A stretch of 64,000 bases of DNA, taken from Actinomycetes bacterium (lineage in GTDB: Bacteria; Actinomycetota; Acidimicrobiia; Acidimicrobiales; JAMCPL01). How positions within the stretch are numbered: position 1 is the first letter of the stretch; each line of letters starts with the position of its first letter. A program made the position numbers and the translations under genes. The DNA lies in contig JAJZWU010000002.1 of NCBI GenBank assembly GCA_021846515.1, positions 40,033 through 104,032 of the forward strand. Direction: 5' to 3'. Shown in pieces: positions 19,797 to 27,179 of the stretch. Under the pieces are notes generated by a model. It made no database searches and was not told where the DNA came from. It saw only the letters and a program-made list of their open reading frames with translations.

Positions 19797-19873
19797 GCAA
19801 CAATCATAGACTGACAGGGACAAAGGTGCGAGCCTGTGGTTTCGATAGTGAAAGGATGTCATAGGAGGCAGAG

Positions 19874-20872
19874 TTGACAGATGAGATAATAATAGATTTT
19901 GGAACGAAGAATGTAGTTGCCCTGAGTGCCAAGAAGGGTCTGGTAGTCAATGAGCCGTCAGTAGTTGCAAGAGATATATCTACAGGAAAAGTATTGGCTA
20001 TGGGGAAGAGAGCGTTGGCTATGCAGGAGGATGTCCCGGGATCGTTGGTCCTGGTGAGGCCAGTTGTGAACGCTTCAATCGTCGACCTGGCTGCATTGCA
20101 ATCAATGGGGGAGACGGTTGTCAGGCGATGCAGGAGCTCAAGACTGCAAAGGCCAAGGGTGATTGTATGCGTGTCGCCAGCCACATCTTCGCTGGAGAAA
20201 CAGTCTATAAGGGATGCGTTGAGGCGTGGGGGTGCTTCCAGGGTGTACTTTATTTTACAGAGTGTGGCTGCATCCACTTATGCGGGGGTATCACCGACAG
20301 ATGCCGCCGGTGCACTTGTTGTAGATGTGGGTGCCGGAAAGACATGTGTATCTGCAGTATCTCTTGGAGGGATTATAGATTACGCGACCAGCAAAGATGG
20401 AGGTGACGGTATGGATACAGCCATCAGAAACCTGTTGCGACATGAGCGTGGTGTAGTAGTTAGCCTGGATGCTGCTGAGGAGATAAGGTTCTTGTTGGGT
20501 GCGGTCAACGTTTCTCCCAGGCACGAGGCTGTTGAGGTGTCCGGCCATAACGCATTGGACGGAAAGAAAGAAAATATCGTAGTGAGTGTAGAAGAGGTAA
20601 GGATGGCCTGCCAGCCTATACTGGAAGCTATCTTTGAAGTGGTGTCAGACTGTCTGAGCAAGATTCCTCCCGAGATTACCTATGATCTGGCATTGAGGGG
20701 GGTACTGCTTACAGGTGGTTTGGCCATGATGAATGGCCTCGCTGAATGGCTGAGTGAAAAAGTTGGACTCCTTGTGTCTGTCCCTGATGAGCCTCAGACC
20801 TGTGCTGTCAGGGGCGCTTATAGGCTGGCCCATATGGATAGTAATACGAGAGGAATTATAGAGGAGGTCTAA
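19874..20872 (+). CDS. mreB: Divergent MreB-like actin-fold protein
   Basis: 332 aa. IIIDFGTKNV...VVNEPSVVA, VVDVGAGKT and VLLTGGLAMMNGL align by eye to the MreB phosphate-1, phosphate-2 and adenosine motifs. TTG start 5 nt after AGGAGG. Confidence 0.65.
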   Translation: MTDEIIIDFGTKNVVALSAKKGLVVNEPSVVARDISTGKVLAMGKRALAMQEDVPGSLVLVRPVVNASIVDLAALQSMGETVVRRCRSSRLQRPRVIVCVSPATSSLEKQSIRDALRRGGASRVYFILQSVAASTYAGVSPTDAAGALVVDVGAGKTCVSAVSLGGIIDYATSKDGGDGMDTAIRNLLRHERGVVVSLDAAEEIRFLLGAVNVSPRHEAVEVSGHNALDGKKENIVVSVEEVRMACQPILEAIFEVVSDCLSKIPPEITYDLALRGVLLTGGLAMMNGLAEWLSEKVGLLVSVPDEPQTCAVRGAYRLAHMDSNTRGIIEEV

Positions 20873-20957
20873 TTATAGTGGTCGACGATGGAGAAGCAGG
20901 TATGCAAAACGACCCCAGCTCTTCTGTAGACGAGGGAAATGATACGAGGTAAATGAT

Positions 20958-22208
20958 ATGAGCGACATTCGGCATGCCGATGGAAACGAGGCGTATGAGC
21001 ATACGGAAGCCACCGGAAACAGCAAGCATACAAAAAACACAGGGAGCGGCCAGCAGCCGGGCATCTGGCATCAGATAGGTCATGGTATGTTTATCTCTGG
21101 GGCTATCATCCTTGTTCTGGCTCTCTTGGTAGTGGCTGCCTCTATGGTCAGTATGCCTTATTACAGTCTCTCACCGGGCAATGCACTGCCTGTTTCTCGG
21201 ATGCTTGCAATTCCCCGGGAAAAATTGCATCCCTTACATGGACAGGTGCTTATGACAGATGTAGAAGTGGCTCAAGTGAACTTACTCGGTTACATCGTGG
21301 ATCAGTTCAAGCCGCATATCGCTCTGGTGAAGTCAGACGAATTGATCGGACCAGGACCGGCAAGCGAACTCAATGGCGAGGCTATGGTCGAGATGGTGGA
21401 ATCCAAGCTGACTGCACGAGTGGAAGCGTTACGTCAGATGGGTTACTCCGTACCTGAGAGAAACTCAGGAGCTGTTATCTGGATGGTATTGAAGCCATCG
21501 CCTTCGTGGGGGAAACTTGTACCCGGAGACGTGGTTACGGCAGTAAATGGCAGGAGCGTATCTACTGCTAATGAACTGGCTGGCATTATATCGGCAGAGA
21601 AGCCCGGTAGCATAGCGACGCTGACATTCACCACTATTAACCAGTTGATTGAGCCAGATGGAAAGGCTTTGCCCAACCCGCATTACAGTCAAGTGAAAAT
21701 TGTCATTGGAAAGAGGCCGGCCACATCTGGCGGAGCCGGTGATGCAGGTTTTCTGGGGGTGGTTCCTTTTACTCAGGGAGTGTACTCGTTGCCGTTTGGC
21801 ATCCAGTTGTCGACCGGGGAAATAGGAGGGCCATCTGCCGGCCTGGCGTTTACGCTTGGTATCCTGAATGAATTGAATGGCGGTGATATTACCGGTGGCA
21901 GGATAGTAGCAGCTACTGGTACCATCAGACCCAACGGTGCGGTAGGGCCGGTGGGTGGCGTCCGGGAGAAAACTATCGCTGTAGAGCGTGCCGGAGCTAC
22001 GGTATTTATTGTTCCAAGGGAGGAGTATAAAAGTGCCATATCTGTAGCATCAAAGAGCCTCAAGGTAGTGTCAGTGACCTCACTTAAGCAGGCATTGTCT
22101 GTTTTGCATGAGTCGGGAGGCAGGCTGGGCAACGCTGCCCACGGTCCCGTATCGGGAGCTGGGGGAGATAGTGTTCCGCCTGGATTCGAGTATGCTCCCT
22201 GGTCTTGA
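20958..22208 (+). CDS. PDZ domain protein with Lon-type S16 protease domain (YlbL/SdrC-like)
   Basis: 416 aa with an N-terminal TM helix, a PDZ domain (GDVVTAVNG) and Lon catalytic motifs GPSAGLAF and GGVREK. Confidence 0.8.
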   Translation: MSDIRHADGNEAYEHTEATGNSKHTKNTGSGQQPGIWHQIGHGMFISGAIILVLALLVVAASMVSMPYYSLSPGNALPVSRMLAIPREKLHPLHGQVLMTDVEVAQVNLLGYIVDQFKPHIALVKSDELIGPGPASELNGEAMVEMVESKLTARVEALRQMGYSVPERNSGAVIWMVLKPSPSWGKLVPGDVVTAVNGRSVSTANELAGIISAEKPGSIATLTFTTINQLIEPDGKALPNPHYSQVKIVIGKRPATSGGAGDAGFLGVVPFTQGVYSLPFGIQLSTGEIGGPSAGLAFTLGILNELNGGDITGGRIVAATGTIRPNGAVGPVGGVREKTIAVERAGATVFIVPREEYKSAISVASKSLKVVSVTSLKQALSVLHESGGRLGNAAHGPVSGAGGDSVPPGFEYAPWS

Positions 22209-22393
22209 AAGTCCTCTCGTAGTCTCTCTGCAACCTACCTGGTAGCTCTACCTGCAGATGGTTTGTACCGCCGCTCGTATCCCTGCTTTTACCGCCGTTC
22301 ATATCTCTCTCTGGTTGTGGGCTACTCCTAACCTGCTTGGCGCCACACACCGTCAGTGTCGATTCGTCAGGAGCCTGTGCCAGGAAGCCTTAT

Positions 22394-23143
22394 TCAGGAA
22401 GGAAGTGGCCGGTATGGGGATATGCCAAGCAGTTTGTCTACGGTGGTAAAACCATAGCCTGCATTACCCAGGCGTTCGATAGTTATCCTGACAGCCTCTA
22501 CGGTACTTGATCGGTTGCCGCCCTTTGCATCAAATCCATCGTGGAATAATATGAAAGCGCCTGGTTTTGCCTTGGACACAGCGCCCCTGGCTATCCGTGA
22601 AGGATCTGGTTGGAATACCTCCAGTGAATGGCAGAACTCCCCAGATACAGGCTGCAGTGAATGGCTTCTTATCGCGGCCAGGCTACCGGGTGTTCTCAGC
22701 AGCCATGGGGGACGATAGAGGGCAGGCAGGATGCCCAGGTGCCTTGCAAAGACATCGTCAGCTTGTTTGATCTCTCTATGTATGCTTTGCAGACTGAGGT
22801 ATTTGCCGAACTGATGCGAGTAGGCGTGGCTGCCAATAACATGTCCTGCATTGAATAGCGCTTGCGAGACCTCGGGGTAATGCTCTACGCAAGCACCGGG
22901 CTGGAAGAAAGTCGCTTTTATATCGTAATCAGCAAGTATACCGGCTATTTGCGAAGTGTACGGTTCGTTTGGCCCGTCGTCAAAGGTAATGGCTACGAGC
23001 TTTTCTCCGCTATCTCCACTATATGGGAAATCCCCCTGTAACTGGGAATAGGGCGACATACAAAGCCAATAGAGAGATCCTATAAATGCTGCAGTACCGG
23101 CAAACGGGATAAGCATCTTTCTGTATATATGTCTTTGCTCCAT
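22394..23143 (-). CDS. Polysaccharide deacetylase (NodB homology domain)
   Basis: 249 aa with an N-terminal TM anchor, ITFDDGPNEPYT, and HAYSH / LFHD motifs. Confidence 0.85.
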   Translation of the reverse strand: MEQRHIYRKMLIPFAGTAAFIGSLYWLCMSPYSQLQGDFPYSGDSGEKLVAITFDDGPNEPYTSQIAGILADYDIKATFFQPGACVEHYPEVSQALFNAGHVIGSHAYSHQFGKYLSLQSIHREIKQADDVFARHLGILPALYRPPWLLRTPGSLAAIRSHSLQPVSGEFCHSLEVFQPDPSRIARGAVSKAKPGAFILFHDGFDAKGGNRSSTVEAVRITIERLGNAGYGFTTVDKLLGISPYRPLPS

Positions 23144-23207
23144 CAGTTTAATATTGCAACAAGATATATATTAATAGTATCTTACGATATATATTATGAA
23201 TGCTATC

Positions 23208-23404
23208 CATGGGGATTGTGCATAGATGCCCATGCTGGTACGGATTACGGTGCGTCACCAGTGCACCGTCCTGCAAACAATCAGCGCGCTCTCGCTGACC
23301 AGATGACGCCCCCGGCTGCGTTGTCGTCCTCAACGTAGTCCCTGCTACGCAAAGGCAATGCGCTTCGCCTTTTCCTGTCCTTGGAAGTCCACCGGACTCC
23401 CAAG
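23208..23404 (-). promoter_or_regulatory. Candidate structured RNA leader upstream of the deacetylase gene
   Basis: Six consecutive hairpins in a GC-rich island inside a 327-nt spacer. The 11-bp hairpin at 23380-23404 is fully paired only on the minus strand (G-U there, A-C on plus). Confidence 0.3.
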
Positions 23405-23470
23405 CCTTCGCCTTGCCGGCTGACGCCCCTGACCAGGTGAATACCATCACATTATTTACGAGACACTGCA

Positions 23471-24382
23471 CTAGAACAGACGGGTTACAGCATCGAATAG
23501 TGGTTCGACGACATAGCCATAACCGAAACCAAGAACCGGGCGTCCGGGAAAGGCCATGAACAGAAGGGTAGCGGTTGCGATGGCTATCCTGCTGGGCCAG
23601 TAGTAAGGCGAACGATGTACCAGGCTGTCCCTGAACGCCGGTGCATTTTTTAACAGGCAGCGTCCAGCCAAGCGATTTACCCAGTAGGTAATAAGGTAAT
23701 AATAGCCGAAGGAGATGAATAGATTATAGAACAAGCCACGGCTGAGGCGCCTTGATGAACTGAAACTTGGGTTGCTCAGACTAAATATTACCCTCCCCTT
23801 TGAGCGCAGTTTCCTGAGAAGGTCGATCTCGTCGCCCCCTTGGGTCATGTTGGTATTGTAGCCAGACCACGCGTCTTTGCGAAAAGCAATGTTGGTCGCA
23901 CTTATATAATATACGTACCCAGTTATCAAATACACCAGGTAGACTGTGCCGAATAATATCTTTGGATATATGGCACTCCACCACGGACCGTCGACAAAAC
24001 GGCACGGACCGGCAACGGCTACACAATCAGGGTTCTTGGAGAATGTCTCGTCTATCGTAGCAAGCCATGAACTGCCGTATATGGTATCAGCATCTGCCGA
24101 TATTACTATCTCCCCTCGCGCCTCTTCGGTGCCTCGCTGGCGTGCCGGGCAGACTCCTATATGGGTGGCTTCGACGACGGTGGCGCCAAGGGAGGCGGCA
24201 ACCGATGCAGTATTGTCGGTACTGTTGTTGTCTGCTACCACGATTTCATAATTACCGGTAAAGTCCTGATTGGCCAATGATTGCAGGCAGTCTCCAATGT
24301 ATCGTTCTTCATTGAATGCCGGTATGACTATGCTGTATTTGGGGCTAGCATCTTTGGGTTCGAAAGCTGTCCTGTCTGGCAC
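23471..24382 (-). CDS. Glycosyltransferase family 2 with C-terminal membrane segments
   Basis: 303 aa with YSIVIPAFNEERYIGDCLQSL...VVADNNSTDNT and a SADAD (DxD) motif. Hydrophobic C-terminal half. Confidence 0.8.
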   Translation of the reverse strand: MPDRTAFEPKDASPKYSIVIPAFNEERYIGDCLQSLANQDFTGNYEIVVADNNSTDNTASVAASLGATVVEATHIGVCPARQRGTEEARGEIVISADADTIYGSSWLATIDETFSKNPDCVAVAGPCRFVDGPWWSAIYPKILFGTVYLVYLITGYVYYISATNIAFRKDAWSGYNTNMTQGGDEIDLLRKLRSKGRVIFSLSNPSFSSSRRLSRGLFYNLFISFGYYYLITYWVNRLAGRCLLKNAPAFRDSLVHRSPYYWPSRIAIATATLLFMAFPGRPVLGFGYGYVVEPLFDAVTRLF

Positions 24383-24485
24383 GTCTTCAGCCTAACACAC
24401 TGGATGCATGATGCGATGGCAGGAGGCAAAATATTAGTTGGTTACGATTTGTCATGCATGCGCATGAGCGGCTAATATCTTACCT

Positions 24486-25253
24486 ATGGAAATAAAAGAT
24501 TGTTCAGCAATAGTAACAGGTGGAGGATCTGGTCTCGGCGAGGCTACCGTGCGCAAGCTTACTGCCATGGGAGCGCGCTGTACCATATTCGACATAAAGG
24601 AAGAGCCAGCCAAGAAGCTGGCAGACGAGCTTGGCAACGGAACCAATTATGTGGTGGGAGATGTCTCTAATCCGGATGATTGTCAGCGTGCCGTCGACCA
24701 GGCGGCAGAGGGTGGCAAGCTCAGGATAGCTGTCAACTGTGCCGGTATAGGGTGGATTGGGCGTGTGATCAATCGCGACAATTCTCCCCACGATCTCAAG
24801 TCCTTCCAGTTCATCCAGAACGTCAATCTAATTGGTACATTCAACGTGATGACCCGTGCCAGTTCCGCTATAGCTCAGACCGAGCCACAGGAGGATGGCA
24901 GCAGGGGAGTGGTCGTCAATACTGCATCGGTGGCGGCGTTTGAAGGCCAGATTGGCCAGCTTGCATACTCAGCGTCCAAGGGAGCTATTGTAGGTATGAC
25001 GGTTCCTGCTTCCAGGGATCTTGCGGTTAGCGGCATAAGGGTATGCGCGATCGCTCCGGGGTTGTTTGATACGCCGTTGCTCGGCCTTCTGCCCGAACCC
25101 CAAAAAGAGGCATTGGGACAGTCTGTCCTCTTCCCGAAGAGACTTGGCAGGCCGTCCGAATACGCTGATCTTGTAGCTTTTATTGTGTCTTGCGGCTACC
25201 TGAATGGTGAGGTTATAAGGCTGGACGGTGGGATAAGGATGCCGCCCAAGTAA
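24486..25253 (+). CDS. SDR family oxidoreductase (3-hydroxyacyl-CoA dehydrogenase type 2-like)
   Basis: 255 aa with TGGGSGLG and YSASKGAIVGMT (YxxxK). Confidence 0.8.
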   Translation: MEIKDCSAIVTGGGSGLGEATVRKLTAMGARCTIFDIKEEPAKKLADELGNGTNYVVGDVSNPDDCQRAVDQAAEGGKLRIAVNCAGIGWIGRVINRDNSPHDLKSFQFIQNVNLIGTFNVMTRASSAIAQTEPQEDGSRGVVVNTASVAAFEGQIGQLAYSASKGAIVGMTVPASRDLAVSGIRVCAIAPGLFDTPLLGLLPEPQKEALGQSVLFPKRLGRPSEYADLVAFIVSCGYLNGEVIRLDGGIRMPPK

Positions 25254-25273
25254 GTGGGCTAACTGGCGGTACT

Positions 25274-26290
25274 ATGCGTTATGTAGATGTCCATGGAGTC
25301 AAGCTATCTGCTATTGGTTTGGGTACCTGGCAATTTGGCTCCAAGGAGTGGAACTATGGAAGCAGCTACGAGGAGAAGGAATCGGCTGCTATAGTGCATA
25401 AGGCTTTGGACCTGGGTGTCAACGTAATAGATACTGCTGAGGCTTACGGCTGGGGTCGGTCGGAAAGGGCGGTCGGTAGGGCGATTGTATCTCGCAGGGA
25501 TGAAGCCTTTATTGCTACAAAAGTATTTCCCGTTATGCCGGTGGAGCCTGTAATTAAGGATAGAGCCAGGCGTAGTGCCTCCAGGCTTGGTGTGCAGAGT
25601 ATAGATCTGTATCAGATACATTGGCCGAACCCTGTAATCCCTTTGAACCTGACTATGAGGGCAATGGCATCGCTCCAGAGGAGCGATTTGGTCAAGAACA
25701 TAGGGGTATCAAACTTTTCACTGGCTTTGTGGCAGCAGGCTGAGCGTTTTTTATCAGGCAAGGTGCTGAGCAACCAGGTGCGCTACAATTTGCTCGACAG
25801 AAGGATAGAGAACAACGTACTTCCCTGGGCGGAAGAAACAGGGCATGTGGTGATAGCTTACAGTCCACTTGCACAGGGGGTTTTATCCGGCAGGTATTCC
25901 AGAGGTAATATTCCCACCGGTCTAAGGGCTTATACGGCAGCCTTCCAGCCTGAAAATCTTGATAAGGCGATACCGGTAATAGATGCCTTGAAACGTATAG
26001 CCTTGGAACACGGCGCCACGCCTACGCAGGTGGCCTTGGCATGGCTTATAAGCAAACCTAATGTAGTGGTGATACCAGGCGCCAGTTCCATATCTCAGCT
26101 GCAGGCTAATGTTGAGTCGGCGCAGCTGGATTTGACTGATGAAGATATAAGTGAATTGAACGACGTTTCCAGTATCTATAAATTGTCGTCCGGTTTGACC
26201 GATCAGCTTACACGTGCCGCCAGGGCTGGTCAGCTACTGGCGTCAAGAACGCTAAAAAGATATATTCGGCCGGTTAAATCAGCCTGGTAA
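25274..26290 (+). CDS. Aldo/keto reductase
   Basis: 338 aa with LGTWQFG, IDTAEAYG, DLYQIHWP and IPGASS motifs. Confidence 0.85.
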   Translation: MRYVDVHGVKLSAIGLGTWQFGSKEWNYGSSYEEKESAAIVHKALDLGVNVIDTAEAYGWGRSERAVGRAIVSRRDEAFIATKVFPVMPVEPVIKDRARRSASRLGVQSIDLYQIHWPNPVIPLNLTMRAMASLQRSDLVKNIGVSNFSLALWQQAERFLSGKVLSNQVRYNLLDRRIENNVLPWAEETGHVVIAYSPLAQGVLSGRYSRGNIPTGLRAYTAAFQPENLDKAIPVIDALKRIALEHGATPTQVALAWLISKPNVVVIPGASSISQLQANVESAQLDLTDEDISELNDVSSIYKLSSGLTDQLTRAARAGQLLASRTLKRYIRPVKSAW

Positions 26291-26310
26291 CGATCAAATC
26301 AGCCTGGTAA
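26276..26310. repeat. Exact 15-nt direct repeat containing the aldo/keto reductase stop codon (period 20)
   Basis: AAATCAGCCTGGTAA occurs at 26276-26290 and again at 26296-26310. Confidence 0.9.
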
Positions 26311-26328
26311 AATCACCAGCTGGTCTCG

Positions 26329-26337
26329 TGCTATAAT
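26329..26337 (+). promoter_or_regulatory. Candidate extended -10 promoter element
   Basis: TGcTATAAT lies about 110 nt upstream of ATG 26446. There is no good -35. Confidence 0.3.
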
Positions 26338-26445
26338 GATCTCATGGTACGAGGTATGGCGGTGCGACTTATGGTAGCTGACGTAGTAAATAGTCTCTAT
26401 AATTTTTTCAATCATGCTATACACCAAGGTGAGCATGTGTTGCAT

Positions 26446-27159
26446 ATGAGTGAGTTGGAGCTGGTACTCACGGTTATCGCTGTTCTTTTTGTCCTACTTC
26501 TCCTGGTTGTATGGTGGAAACGTAGGGTAGATAGGTACAATGAGGCTGTTTGGAAAGCAGGGCGTTATACCGCAAATGACCCCTACAAAGAGCGAGACAT
26601 GCTAAAGGTGGTTCAGCCAAAGGATCCATGGATCGTAGCTGATCCTATAGGAGGATCAGAGGTGGGAGAGGCCATGGAAGTGGAAAGCCTGACCGATTTC
26701 ATGAAGAAAGCTACCCCCATCCAATCGTCCACCGAGCCGGATAATGGTGCTGTCACCGTAATCAAGAGTACGTTATCTGCACAGTCATCTGGGATAGATG
26801 AACCTCTGTCGTCACAGATAGAAGTGCCTGTTTTTCATGAATCTAGAACGGGAGTACGTCCGGTGCCTGATCATGGTCTTGCTACCTTACAGCAAGAGAC
26901 GGACATGCCAGCTGGATGGTACCCTGAACCATCGGGAATGGCAGGCTTCTTCCGGTACTGGGATGGCAACAGGTGGACAGGCTCTATTTCAAAGAGAGAG
27001 GGGCATCAGAGCTCGGGCTCTTCAGATCTGGCTTCCCCTGCCGTAGGTGCCGTAGGTGCTACAGACCCCAGTTATGCCAAAACTGCATCTGGTAGCACCG
27101 ATACATCACGGGGAGCATCACCGTCAACAGATGATGGCAATCGAGAGGTGATAATCTGA
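26446..27159 (+). CDS. Membrane-anchored protein with a DUF2510-like motif
   Basis: One TM helix (LVLTVIAVLFVLLLLVVWW) and GWYPEPSG...FRYWDGNRWTG, typical of DUF2510. The ORF opens at 26344; ATG 26446 is preferred. Confidence 0.55.
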   Translation: MSELELVLTVIAVLFVLLLLVVWWKRRVDRYNEAVWKAGRYTANDPYKERDMLKVVQPKDPWIVADPIGGSEVGEAMEVESLTDFMKKATPIQSSTEPDNGAVTVIKSTLSAQSSGIDEPLSSQIEVPVFHESRTGVRPVPDHGLATLQQETDMPAGWYPEPSGMAGFFRYWDGNRWTGSISKREGHQSSGSSDLASPAVGAVGATDPSYAKTASGSTDTSRGASPSTDDGNREVII

Positions 27160-27179
27160 TTGGCGCGCCTATTTGGCAT

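Noticed and set aside
23208-23440. Resemblance of parts of this region to housekeeping RNAs. GCTGACCAGA...GTCGTCCTC resembles the E. coli RNase P 5' end, GGAAGTCCACCGGACTCC resembles RNase P CR-I, CCTGGTCAGG resembles SRP RNA, and GCAAACAATCAGCGCGCTCTCGCT resembles a tmRNA tag.
   Set aside because: It lacks the other universally conserved blocks: the ACAGAA.CCGGCTTA-type CR-IV/V, the SRP GGAA tetraloop helix, and the tmRNA tRNA-like 3' end with an ...LAA tag. The P1-like segments are direct repeats, not inverted repeats.
23129-23471. ORFs of 69 aa (plus strand) and 107 aa (minus strand) in the GT2-deacetylase spacer.
   Set aside because: They have no family resemblance and odd composition, and they overlap each other. 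The open frames are better explained by local GC-richness and the structured-RNA hypothesis.
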